Positions 45,194 through 55,592 of a DNA stretch of 64,000 nucleotides are shown here, one piece after another. Position 1 is the first letter of the stretch. Every line of letters starts with the position of its first letter. The notes beneath the pieces were generated by a model, which was not told where the DNA came from, searched no databases, and saw only the letters and a program-made list of their open reading frames with translations. The stretch is from an uncultured Thermoplasmata archaeon (GTDB lineage: Archaea; Thermoplasmatota; Thermoplasmata; Halarchaeoplasmatales; Halarchaeoplasmataceae): NCBI GenBank assembly GCA_964486225.1, contig CAZAMQ010000001.1:2660-66659 (forward strand), in the 5' to 3' direction. The position numbers and the translations under genes were made by a program.

Positions 45194-46822
45194 ATGGGCA
45201 AACGTAGTCTCTGTATCGCAGTTATATTCTTAGTAGTGGTCGGCAGCATCGCCGTGCCGAGTGCAAATTCATTTGAAACAACAGACACCAACGGATTCCC
45301 CTATCCCGGAGACGATTGGGCATGGGAGATGATCGGTACGCCCTATGCACATCAACTAGGTGAATACGGTGATGATGTTCTTGTAGCGGTGATGGATACA
45401 GGGATAGATTACAATCATCCTGATCTGAAAGATAGGATGTGGGACGGCATAGGTTACGACTTCGTCAACGATAACGACCATCCCATGGACAACGACGGCC
45501 ATGGTACACACGTTGCCGGAATAGCGGCCAGTGTTGCGCCCAACGCGAGGTTGATGGCGTTGAAGGTGATGGAGGAAGAAGGCGGACGCTGGGTGGAGGT
45601 AGCCCAGGCCATCATGTTTGCCAGGGAGAACGATGCTGACATAATAACCATGAGTTTCGGCGGTGAACAAAGTCCTATGTCCATGGTGATCCAGATACAG
45701 ATGGACTTTGCATACCAGCAGGGAGTGCTCATGGTGGCCGCCGCCGGGAACGATAATACGGACAAAGAACAATATCCGGCTGCCAATGACAATGTCATAG
45801 CCGTCTCGGCACTGAACAACAACAGGGACAAAACGAGCTACAGCAACTACGGCGATTGGATCGAACTATCGGCACCCGGTGGAGACAGTGCCGCACGGGT
45901 ATTTTCCACAGTACCCGGCGAATCCTACGGTTATAAAAGCGGTACCTCCATGGCATGCCCCTTTGTAACAGGGGCCGCAGCGATCATGATAGGCGCGAAT
46001 CCGGGGATGACCAATGTACAGGTCCGGGATGCGCTCAGAGAACAGGCTTTAGACCTGGGAGAGCCGGGTAGAGACCCGATTTACGGCTACGGTATGGTCA
46101 ACGCGTACAGGGCCGCCGGAGGAAGGGTGCCTACACCCCCGAGAGAACCGGTGGCAAAGGGCGATAACGCCACAGTGGACCTTTCGTGGTCAATCTCATG
46201 GGGCGAAGGATTATCGGCCGTGGAGGGATACCGGATATACCGGGGACCCACTCACGGAGACATAAACTTTCTTGTGGAGATCGACGGTCTTACTTATACT
46301 GATACAGATGTGGTCAACGACCGACCATATCATTATTATATAACTGCCATAAATTCCGAAGGTGAGAGCCCCGCCAGCGAAACGGTAGGGGCTACGCCCA
46401 GAGAATCGCCGATAACTCCGTCGGTACCGCGAGATGTAAGCACGACCATGGTGCAAGGCGGCGTTAGAGTGAGCTGGAAACGACCTTTGGACGACGGTGG
46501 GGACGACATACTGGAGTACTATATTTACAGGGACGATGAGCACATAGCTTCAGTGGATATGTTGGAACACATAGATACAGACATCTATGGTGGTACGAGT
46601 TATGATTACCGTGTCTCAGCCCTCAATTCGATAGGTGAGGGCACCCTCTCGGAGAGCAGTCGTATCACGGTGCCTGGCGATACTCATCCACCACCGGATG
46701 ATAACGGAGAAGACCTTTCTCCGTTACCCATTGATGAGAACTTACTATTGATGTTGATGATCATCATCGTAACGGTGATCCTGGTAGTGGGGCTGGCTTA
46801 CCACCTGCGAAAGAAGAAATAA
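45194..46822 (+). CDS. Subtilisin-like serine protease (S8) with fibronectin-III-like domains and a C-terminal TM anchor.
   Basis: Catalytic triad motifs VAVMDTGID, HGTHVAG and GTSMACP. N-terminal signal peptide. C-terminal LLLMLMIIIVTVILVVGLAYHLRKKK. Confidence 0.85.
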   Translation: MGKRSLCIAVIFLVVVGSIAVPSANSFETTDTNGFPYPGDDWAWEMIGTPYAHQLGEYGDDVLVAVMDTGIDYNHPDLKDRMWDGIGYDFVNDNDHPMDNDGHGTHVAGIAASVAPNARLMALKVMEEEGGRWVEVAQAIMFARENDADIITMSFGGEQSPMSMVIQIQMDFAYQQGVLMVAAAGNDNTDKEQYPAANDNVIAVSALNNNRDKTSYSNYGDWIELSAPGGDSAARVFSTVPGESYGYKSGTSMACPFVTGAAAIMIGANPGMTNVQVRDALREQALDLGEPGRDPIYGYGMVNAYRAAGGRVPTPPREPVAKGDNATVDLSWSISWGEGLSAVEGYRIYRGPTHGDINFLVEIDGLTYTDTDVVNDRPYHYYITAINSEGESPASETVGATPRESPITPSVPRDVSTTMVQGGVRVSWKRPLDDGGDDILEYYIYRDDEHIASVDMLEHIDTDIYGGTSYDYRVSALNSIGEGTLSESSRITVPGDTHPPPDDNGEDLSPLPIDENLLLMLMIIIVTVILVVGLAYHLRKKK

Positions 46823-46928
46823 TACATATAACAGATTTTGAAAGGCTTGGCATGGTGGGGGAAGAGGTGCAGTCATGTTTTGGATACATCGGAAAAATCA
46901 TAATACTACCTACGGTATATACTGTGAT

Positions 46929-47372
46929 ATGTATGTGAGTGTTATAGGCGGCGATGTGTCATCCTGTACGGAGGAAGACTGCCGCATGGCGGAAGAGATA
47001 GGCAAGGGGATCGCACGTATGGGTGCCGTACTCGTGTGCGGCGGCAGAGGTGGAGTGATGGAGGCTGCCTGTAAGGGGGCGGTGTCCGAGGAAGGGACGA
47101 CCATCGGGATATTACCGGGTGATTCCAGGGACGAAGGTAATGACTACTTGACGCACGGTTTAGTGACCGCCCTCGGTGCCGTGAGGAACAGCCTGGTGGT
47201 GCTCAACGGCGACATCGTGGTGGCCGTCGACGGCGGCTACGGAACACTGTCCGAGATAGCACTGGCTTTTCAGTACGGCAGGCGTGTGCTCGGGATGGGT
47301 ACCTGGGATATTGAAGGTGTGGAATCCTTCGATAATGTAGGTGAACTGCTAGAGGCACTCAAAGCAGTATAA
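46929..47372 (+). CDS. TIGR00725/LOG-family Rossmann-fold protein (the ORF extends upstream to 46875; the likely start is the MYVSVIGG ATG at 46929).
   Basis: VSVIGG...VCGGRGGVMEAACKGA...GYGTLSEIALA pattern of the LOG/TIGR00725 family. Confidence 0.7.
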   Translation: MYVSVIGGDVSSCTEEDCRMAEEIGKGIARMGAVLVCGGRGGVMEAACKGAVSEEGTTIGILPGDSRDEGNDYLTHGLVTALGAVRNSLVVLNGDIVVAVDGGYGTLSEIALAFQYGRRVLGMGTWDIEGVESFDNVGELLEALKAV

Positions 47373-47430
47373 TACCAAAAGTTTATTTATGAGCGCGGTA
47401 GATTGATTGAAACTCTACTGGTGTATACAA

Positions 47431-49437
47431 ATGGCTTCAGCGGATACCAAGGATAAAAAGCTCCCACCGATCGAAAAGTGGATAGATGAAACAGGTATAG
47501 AGACAACGGAGGAGATCAAAGTCCCGAAGTTGATAGCTGACCAAGTGATAGGCCAGGAAGAAGCAGTAAGCGTGATGAAGAAAGCCGCACGACAGCATAG
47601 GCACGTTATGATGATAGGTCCTCCGGGAACGGGCAAATCAATGCTTGCACAGTCGATGCTGGATTTTTTACCTGTGGGTGAGACGGAAGATGTTCTGTGT
47701 TTTCCCAATGAAGAAGACGAGAACCGGCCCAGGGTAAGAACCGTGCCCGCCGGTAAAGGTAAGGATATAATCAAGGCACATAGGAAAGAGGCACAAAAAC
47801 GCTCACAGCAGAGAAACCAGGGCATGCTGATCATATTGATCTTAGTAGTAAGCGCTGCAGTACTGATCTCCATCTTCACAGGTAATTACCTGATCATGTT
47901 CTTCGGCATTATCGCCGCTGCGATGCTCTTGATAGCATTGAGAGCATCCCCTACTGGCTTCGGAAGTGATCCGGAGAAGCAGGTGCCCAAATTATTGCTC
48001 AGTCACAAATCCGGAGATAAACCGCCCTTCGTAGATGCCACAGGATCACAATCAGGCGCACTGCTTGGTGATGTACGTCATGACCCCTTCCAGAGCGGAG
48101 GATACGAGACGCCTGCACATCATAGAGTTGAGTTAGGTGCTATTCACGAGGCACACAAAGGAGTACTGTTCATAGACGAGATAAATATGCTTCATCTTTC
48201 ATCTCAACAGAGCTTACTGACCGCTATGCAGGAAAAGAAATTCTCCATAACGGGTCAGAGTGAACGCAGCAGCGGAGCCATGGTCAAATCCGAGCCTGTG
48301 CCGACAAATTTCGTACTTGTAGCAGCCGGTAATCTGGATTCCGTCACCGGTCAAAGGGACGGCGGAGGTCATGTCAGGGGCGGCATGCATCCGGCATTGA
48401 GGTCAAGGATAAGGGGCTACGGTTACGAAGTATACGTCAACGATACTATGCCTGATACCCATGATAATCGTTTAAAACTCATACGTTTCATCGCTCAAGA
48501 GGTTAAGAAAGACGAGACGAAGATCCCTCATTTTACAAGGAGCGCTATAGTTGAGATAATCCGGGAGGCACAGAGACGGGCGAACAAGAGGGGAGAACTG
48601 ACACTGCGTCTCAGAGAGCTCGGGGGATTGGTTCGTGTGTCAGGCGATCTTGCTGTTGAAAGAAAGCATAAGTACACCACTGGTGCCGACGTCATCGGCG
48701 CCAAGAATATAGCTCGATCGCTCGAGCAGCAGGTGGCGGATAGATACATCAAGAAGCGGAAGGAGTACAGTACCTTCCAGACCCAAGGTTCGGTTATCGG
48801 TGTGGTGAACGGACTGGCCGCTATCGGAGGAGATCAGGCGGGAATATCCGAATACTCAGGTATCGTACTGCCCATCGCAGCGGAGGTAACACCGGCACAC
48901 TCCCGTGATGAAGGCAAGATAGTAGCTACCGGTAGACTGGGAGATATAGCCAAGGAAGCCGTACAGAACGTCTCCGCATTGGTTAAAAAATACACTGGAG
49001 AGGACATATCAAAGTATGATGTTCATATCCAATTCATAGGTACGCAGGAAGGCGTCGAAGGAGATTCAGCGTCGATATCCGTAGCTACAGCCGTAATATC
49101 GGCACTCGAGAAGATACCGATAGATCAGAACACTGCGATGACAGGTTCACTAAGCGTCAGAGGTCAGGTTCTTCCGGTTGGGGCGGTCACGGCAAAGATA
49201 GAGGCCGCGTCGGAGAGCGGTATGAAGCGGGTTATCATACCCAAGAGCAATATGAAGGATATAGTACTGGATGTAAAGTATGAGGATAAGATACAGATAA
49301 TACCCGTAGATAATCTCGGTGAGGTACTGGAGAATGCCCTAGTGGGTTCCAACAAAAAGAAATTGCTGAAGAAGCTCTCTTCTTTGCTTGAAGTGAGGAG
49401 CATACCGTTACCTACGGATATTCCTAGTCCACGTTAA
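47431..49437 (+). CDS. lonB: Archaeal membrane-bound ATP-dependent Lon protease (LonB type).
   Basis: Walker A GPPGTGKS, a two-TM insertion ([17 protein letters not shown]...[14 protein letters not shown]) within the AAA+ module, and a C-terminal Lon protease domain ([16 protein letters not shown]... with catalytic Ser and Lys). The ORF starts at 47407; the chosen start is 47431. Confidence 0.9.
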   Translation: MASADTKDKKLPPIEKWIDETGIETTEEIKVPKLIADQVIGQEEAVSVMKKAARQHRHVMMIGPPGTGKSMLAQSMLDFLPVGETEDVLCFPNEEDENRPRVRTVPAGKGKDIIKAHRKEAQKRSQQRNQGMLIILILVVSAAVLISIFTGNYLIMFFGIIAAAMLLIALRASPTGFGSDPEKQVPKLLLSHKSGDKPPFVDATGSQSGALLGDVRHDPFQSGGYETPAHHRVELGAIHEAHKGVLFIDEINMLHLSSQQSLLTAMQEKKFSITGQSERSSGAMVKSEPVPTNFVLVAAGNLDSVTGQRDGGGHVRGGMHPALRSRIRGYGYEVYVNDTMPDTHDNRLKLIRFIAQEVKKDETKIPHFTRSAIVEIIREAQRRANKRGELTLRLRELGGLVRVSGDLAVERKHKYTTGADVIGAKNIARSLEQQVADRYIKKRKEYSTFQTQGSVIGVVNGLAAIGGDQAGISEYSGIVLPIAAEVTPAHSRDEGKIVATGRLGDIAKEAVQNVSALVKKYTGEDISKYDVHIQFIGTQEGVEGDSASISVATAVISALEKIPIDQNTAMTGSLSVRGQVLPVGAVTAKIEAASESGMKRVIIPKSNMKDIVLDVKYEDKIQIIPVDNLGEVLENALVGSNKKKLLKKLSSLLEVRSIPLPTDIPSPR

Positions 49438-49442
49438 ATGGT

Positions 49443-52202
49443 GTGATGTATTTGGGTTCGTTCGAGCTGCTATCGGATGAGATATTGAATGCTCTTTCAG
49501 ATCTTGATATAGAGGAGGAAACAAAGCCTCAGGAAGATGCTATCCCTCATATACTCGACGGAGAGAACGTCCTGGTCATCGCGCCTACTGGGATAGGTAA
49601 GACAGAGGCAGCGGTTCTGCCGATACTCGATAGGGTGCTCAGCAGCGAGGGTAAAGGTTTCAGAGTTCTATATATAACTCCATTACGTGCACTCAATAGA
49701 GATATGTTACGTCGTTTAGAGGAATTCGCCCAACGGCTGAACTTTACGGTGAGCGTACGTCACGGTGACACTACTCGGAAAGAACGGAGAAAACAATCAC
49801 TGTATCCGCCTGATTTTCTGGTGACCACACCCGAGACATTACAGATAATGTTCACCGGACGGAGACTCCGTGAGGCTCTTTGTAATGTGGAATACGTAGT
49901 GGTGGATGAACTCAACGAACTTGCAGTGGATGAAAGAGGAACTCAGCTTTCACTGGCATTGGAACGTCTTGTGGCTCTTAAAGAGGGTAGGGAATTTCAG
50001 CGAGTCGGGTTATCGGCTACAGTGGGCAGTCCGGAGAAGGTACTCAAATTCCTTGTGGGTGTCGGCAGAGAGGGTAAGATAGTGGAGGTAAGAGAACAGG
50101 GGGATATGGAGGTGTGGGTGGAAAAACCTGAATCGAAGGAAGGAGATCAAGGTATAGCGGAGAAGATGAAGATCGATAAGGAGAGGGCGACAAACATACG
50201 CCGGTGCAGGGAGCTCATAGATGAGCATATATCCACCTTATTCTTCGTAAATACGCGTGATTCCGCAGAGCTCGTCGGCTCGTCTTTCAATCTATGGGAA
50301 GAGGATTATCCTCTGGGTGTGCATCACGGCTCTTTATCTAAAGATTCCAGGATAGAGGTGGAGGAAAAGTTCAAATCAGGCACTCTGAAGGCATTGATAT
50401 GCACATCGTCCATGGAGCTCGGGATCGATGTGGGTGCCACGGACATGGTGATACAGTATCAATCACCTCGGCAAGTCACAAGATACGTACAGAGGGTCGG
50501 GCGTTCCGGGCACAGCATAGGTAGGATGTCAAAAGGCTGTATAATCACCACCAACGGCGACGATATAGCGGAGGCGGCGGTGATCTCGAGGAGAGCACTT
50601 GAGAGGGAGCTCGAGTTCACAGATATACCTGAAAAGCCACTAAGTGTATTGGCCAACCAGATCATATCTACCGTTCACTGTGAGAAGAAGGTAAATATCG
50701 ACGGTTTATTCAAAGTTGTTAAAAGGGCGTATCCCTTCAGAGATATTCAACTTGAAGAATTTTTAATGGTAGTTGACCAGCTGGCTGAGATAAAGGCCGT
50801 ATGGAGGAACGGTAATGAGATAGGTAAGCGTAGAAAGTCATTGAGCTACTTCTACGAGAACATATCCATGATACCGGATGAGAAGACGTTCATAATGCGG
50901 AACATGACTTCGAATATGATCGTGGGTACGTTAGACGAAAGCTTCGTCGCAAGCGAGGTAAAAATAGGCAGTGCTGTCATCCTTCAGGGCAAGGCCTGGC
51001 AGATAGTCGATATAGAAGAGGACCAGGTACTTGCGAATCCTGTGGGTGACATAGGTAGGATACCCGACTGGTCCGGTGAGGACATACCCGTTCCCTACCA
51101 GGTAGCACAGGAGGTGGGGATGATAAGGGACAAGGGGATCGGGAACTATCCCGTTGACGGTACCACGAAGGCTGCATTCGAAGATTATATCACCGAACAG
51201 GGGGATAAGTTGGTTGCGACGGATAGACTGATGGTGATAGAGAAGGAGAGGGATATCGCCGTGGTGAACGCATGTCTTGGAACACAGATAAACGAGACAC
51301 TTGGCAATCTGGTAGCATCTCTCCTATCGGCACGGCTGGGTGAGAGCGTAGCCTTGCATATAGATCCGTATCGTATGATGTTCAAACTTCCTAGAAATAT
51401 TCCCAGTGATTGGATATACGATATTTTGTTAGAAACCGAACCCGAGGTAGTGGACGAACTATTGAGAAAATCATTGGTACATTCATCATTCTTCAGATGG
51501 AAATTCTTGCATGTGGCAAAGAAGTACGGTGCGGTGGAAAAGGAGGTCGATTACAGGTCCATCAGTCTCGATAGGCTGATGGATGTATTTCAAGGAACAT
51601 CCCTTTACAAAGAGGCCATCGACAAGACTTTCAGAGATCATATGGACACCGAGGGTGCTCGTCGGGTACTCTCACAGATACAAGAGGGGACCGTAAAAGT
51701 GGTAAATTCAAAAGAAGGTTTATCGCCGATAAGTGAGGTAGGCCTGAAGGATTACAGAGAATTTCTCAGTCCTGACAGGGTGTCCCGGACGGTGCTCATG
51801 GCCTTCAAAGAGAGATTAGAGGATGAAAAGCTAATAATGAAGTGTCTCAAGTGCGGCAGTCGCAGAAGAAAACGCGTTAGAAACATGGTTAAGTCATCGT
51901 GCACAAAATGCGGTTCTGCAATGGTAGCACCTTTAGTATTCTATCAGGATGAGAGCGTAGTGGATAAGGAGACTTCCACGCTTGATAAGGACGAGATAAA
52001 GAAACTGCAGGAATATTATAAACTCGCAGATCTGGCTAGAGTATATCGAAAAAGGGCCTTGATGGCCATCGCCGCCAGAGGTGTCGGTCACGATAAAGCC
52101 GCCCGCATACTGGGTAGGATGTATAACGACGAGGAAGAATTTCTGAGGGAATTATTAAAAGCAGAAATTTTGTATGCACGTACAAAGAGGTTCTGGGATT
52201 GA
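49443..52202 (+). CDS. lhr: Lhr-like superfamily-2 ATP-dependent helicase (DEAD/DEAH box) with a C-terminal Zn-ribbon.
   Basis: Motif I APTGIGKTEAA, motif II VVVDELNEL, motif III SATVGS, motif VI YVQRVGRSGHS, and a C-terminal CLKCGS...CTKCGS. Confidence 0.8.
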   Translation: MMYLGSFELLSDEILNALSDLDIEEETKPQEDAIPHILDGENVLVIAPTGIGKTEAAVLPILDRVLSSEGKGFRVLYITPLRALNRDMLRRLEEFAQRLNFTVSVRHGDTTRKERRKQSLYPPDFLVTTPETLQIMFTGRRLREALCNVEYVVVDELNELAVDERGTQLSLALERLVALKEGREFQRVGLSATVGSPEKVLKFLVGVGREGKIVEVREQGDMEVWVEKPESKEGDQGIAEKMKIDKERATNIRRCRELIDEHISTLFFVNTRDSAELVGSSFNLWEEDYPLGVHHGSLSKDSRIEVEEKFKSGTLKALICTSSMELGIDVGATDMVIQYQSPRQVTRYVQRVGRSGHSIGRMSKGCIITTNGDDIAEAAVISRRALERELEFTDIPEKPLSVLANQIISTVHCEKKVNIDGLFKVVKRAYPFRDIQLEEFLMVVDQLAEIKAVWRNGNEIGKRRKSLSYFYENISMIPDEKTFIMRNMTSNMIVGTLDESFVASEVKIGSAVILQGKAWQIVDIEEDQVLANPVGDIGRIPDWSGEDIPVPYQVAQEVGMIRDKGIGNYPVDGTTKAAFEDYITEQGDKLVATDRLMVIEKERDIAVVNACLGTQINETLGNLVASLLSARLGESVALHIDPYRMMFKLPRNIPSDWIYDILLETEPEVVDELLRKSLVHSSFFRWKFLHVAKKYGAVEKEVDYRSISLDRLMDVFQGTSLYKEAIDKTFRDHMDTEGARRVLSQIQEGTVKVVNSKEGLSPISEVGLKDYREFLSPDRVSRTVLMAFKERLEDEKLIMKCLKCGSRRRKRVRNMVKSSCTKCGSAMVAPLVFYQDESVVDKETSTLDKDEIKKLQEYYKLADLARVYRKRALMAIAARGVGHDKAARILGRMYNDEEEFLRELLKAEILYARTKRFWD

Positions 52203-52256
52203 ACATATCGATTCGAAAATTGTACCAAAGTATATATATGGATAAGATTTGTACGT

Positions 52257-52272
52257 TTGTACAGATGTACAA
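52257..52272. promoter_or_regulatory. Perfect inverted repeat TTGTACA-GA-TGTACAA, preceded by two more TGTAC half-sites, in the promoter region of the HhH/TPR gene. Candidate operator.
   Basis: Direct reading: GATTTGTACGTTTGTACAGATGTACAAGG. TATA-like GGATATATTATATC at 52273-52286 and SD GGAGGT at 52294-52299 precede the ATG at 52306. Confidence 0.35.
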
Positions 52273-52305
52273 GGATATATTATATCTCAAATAGGAGGTT
52301 TTTAA

Positions 52306-54965
52306 TGGAAGAATTATCTGACGAAGAAGCCGACGTAAGAAAGAACGAGATTTTTTCTGTTCCGTCCATCGGCGAACTCACCCTCCGCCTTCTGATAAAA
52401 GAAGGATACGACAGTTTGGATAAACTAAAGTCTGCAAGTTCGGAAGATATATATAGAATTGATCATATAGGTGAGATACAGGCACATCGTATCAAGATAG
52501 AAATCGAAGAGGGGCAAAAGAGATTTGAAAACAAAAAAGAGATCAAATGCCCGAACTGTGGTAACTTTGTTTTTATCTCAAAACAAAGTTGTTCGGAGTG
52601 TGGAAAGGGTTTTACATCAGTAGACCAGGAGATCATATTACCCGGCGGTAAGATAGTAGAGGACCCACTGCGTGAACTAGCAAATATCGAAGAAAAGCTC
52701 ATGGATGGTGAGGAGGATGAAGATGTTTGGTACGGTAAAGGGGCCATCCTTGAGAGTATGGGTGCTTTGGAAAAAGCTTACGAAGCATATGACAAGGTTA
52801 TAGAATTTGATCCACTTTACGATTGGATATGGAATGCAAAGGCGAGTTTAGCTATGAAACTCGGTAAGTTTGAAGAGGCTACCAGGGCCTATAAAGTGGC
52901 GGTTGATTTCAGAACTGACACCATGTACTTTAAAGGATTACAGGAAAGGGTAGAGGAGGAAGAGGAACCGATACCCACTTTGGTCATAGAGGAACATGCA
53001 ATAGATGTCGAGGAGATCGAAGAAAAGGTGATCAAGGCAAGGCAGATATTACATCAGATCGATCTTGGTCATTTTGATATCGCCGGCGTCGAAGAATTGT
53101 TGAATAAAGCTACTAGGGCCCGTAACAAGGACAACAGGGAAAGGGCCGTGGAGTATGCAGAAAAGGTCATAGATGTAGGTAATAAGATAGAGGATCTGTT
53201 ACCCACTATAGAGAAAATAGAGGAGAATATCGCAGATCTGGATGACAGCCACGAAGGACTCGCCATATACATCGAAAGATATAAAGAGCTGAAAAAGCGC
53301 ATAGCGGATTGGACTTTTCTTGAACATCCCGAGAATGTTGACGATTTACGGGACGATCTTAACGGGATTCTGAACGCATTGAGTGCATGGGAGGTATATA
53401 TCGACAGGTTTGATAAGGCAAAGAGAGTACTTGCCGAGACCAGGGGGACCAAGCTCAACCTCGATAAGATAAAGACACTGGTTCGGGATGCGCTCAAGGC
53501 CGAAAAAGAAGGCAAATTCAACATAGGGCTGGATATAATAGATGAGATGATGGAATGTCTTGATAAGGTAAATGAAATACATATGAAAATCCAGGATGCC
53601 AAGGAGTTGATAATAGAATTGAACGAACTCGGCATTGATGTGAAGGGGTTGATAAAAGATATCAAGAGGGTCAGGGATACCGCCGAGAAAGGTGAATATG
53701 ACGATTCTATCGAGATGCTGGATGAAGTAACCGCTAGGATCAAGGATGAGATAGATGGTGCCGAAAAGCCCAGTGAAGAGGTCCGAGAGGAAACAAGTGA
53801 AGAGGGTGAGGAATTAAAACGTAGAATAGAGGAGACGAAAGAACGATTCTCCGATATCAAAAAAGGGCCGGTGAAGGTCGAAAAGATAAATAAGGCTATC
53901 GACGAGATAATCCAAGACGAGGAAGCAGGTAAATATGTTGACGGACTGGGAAAGATCCGAACGGTGAATAATGATATAGATGGGGTCGAACATTTAGTGG
54001 CGATCCTTGAGACGGCAATGGAAAAGATCGAAGAACTAAAGTCATCCGGTGTGGATCACAAAGAATTCGTAAAGGAATTAAGAGAAGGAAAAAAGAAGGC
54101 CGACCTTGGTGAATACGGTAAGGCCGCGGATATATGCGAAGAAGTACTAGGTAATTTGGATGATGAACTTGAGTGTATAATAGATATCGGCGATTTGAAA
54201 GAACCCCTTGACAAGAAGACAATAGATGACAAGATGTCCGAACTGAAATCGTTGATAATCTTTGCCAGAACTGTTGATATCCCGGTGGAAAAAGCTGGTG
54301 AAATCATTAACATGGCTGTGAAATCAACCCGTAAGGAAGAGTTCGACGCCGCAGGAGGATATCTGGACGAGGGTTTATCTTGGATCCGTAACAAGCTGGA
54401 CGAAAGATCGGCAGAAATAATTGAATCCGTAGAGGATACATTACAATACTCTGACGAAGGTGAACCCGCCGACGATGCAAACAGGTACCTGGCACAGGCG
54501 AAGGAAGAACGGAAAGTAGGTAATATTAAGAAGACGTTCACCCTGCTTGCAAAGGCGGAGATACGCGGGGAGGAGGCGAAGGGCGACGCTGCCATTGCAA
54601 GTGATTCCATAAAATACATGGAGGATATCATGGACGTTGCAGGAACGATGGATTTGGATACGGGGGATGCACCTGTGCTGTTGAAGGACGCGCAAAAGGC
54701 GTTTTCTAAGGGCGACTGGGAAGAAGCTATCGAGTACACAGAGAAGGCTAAAGAAACGGCTTTCGAAAATATACGTGGAAAGATATCGTCCATGATAGAT
54801 GACGCTCAGAGGGAGTTGAAAGAGGCAAAGATATCGGGCTTGAACATCTCAAAACCGATCCACCTGATAAAAGAGGTGAGGAAGGCGGAGGCTCAAAGCG
54901 ACCTTGAGACGTCTCTTAAGTACTTGAAAACGTATAAAGAATATATGCAGTCAGTGAGTGAGTGA
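52306..54965 (+). CDS. Large acidic coiled-coil protein with an N-terminal helix-hairpin-helix, a Zn-ribbon (CPNCG...CSECG) and TPR-like repeats. Hypothetical.
   Basis: ORF of 886 aa from the SD-preceded ATG. The HhH-like segment is IGELTLRLLIKEGYDSLDKL...IGEIQAHRI. The rest is Glu/Lys/Asp-rich. Confidence 0.6.
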
Positions 54966-55563
54966 TTTGGAGATATTATCCACTCTGGACATATCCGTTG
55001 AAGAAGGTGTTTACCGGCCGGCCGACGATTCCTACCTGTTGATAAGCATCATCGAACCGAATAAGGGTGAAAGTGTCCTTGAGATAGGATCTGGAACCGG
55101 TGTTATATCGATACACTGCGCCCTTGCCGGAGGTGTTGTGACTTCATGTGATATAAACGATGATGCCGCAGTGCTAACACGTTTAAATGCTGAAAACAAC
55201 GGGGTGGAGCTCCAAAATGTACTTGTGAGCGATATGTTCGAAGCTCTGGAAGGTCTATGGGATGTGATAATCTTTAACCCACCTTACTTACCGGACCTCG
55301 AATACGGGCGGTCCGATGTTCGCTGGGACGGTGGAACCCGGGGGGATGAGACCGTGCTAAGATTCCTTGAAGAAGGTTGGAAGTACATGCATGATGATTC
55401 TAGGCTGTACTTCTGCTGTTCCGATATGTCTCCTCTGTCGGCTATACAGCAAGTTATATGTCAGTATTACAAGGAAACCAGGAAGAAGGAAAGAGGCTAC
55501 GACTTCGAGACGCTGTACGGATTTGAGTTGCGGGCAAAATTAATAAATAACTGCCAAAGATGA
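54958..55563 (+). CDS. HemK/PrmC-related N5-glutamine methyltransferase (archaeal Mtq2-like).
   Basis: SAM motif LEIGSGTGVISI and substrate motif IIFNPPY. Confidence 0.8.
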   Translation: MSDLEILSTLDISVEEGVYRPADDSYLLISIIEPNKGESVLEIGSGTGVISIHCALAGGVVTSCDINDDAAVLTRLNAENNGVELQNVLVSDMFEALEGLWDVIIFNPPYLPDLEYGRSDVRWDGGTRGDETVLRFLEEGWKYMHDDSRLYFCCSDMSPLSAIQQVICQYYKETRKKERGYDFETLYGFELRAKLINNCQR

Positions 55564-55592
55564 GGGTGCAGTAGCTATCAGGAAGTGTTAAA

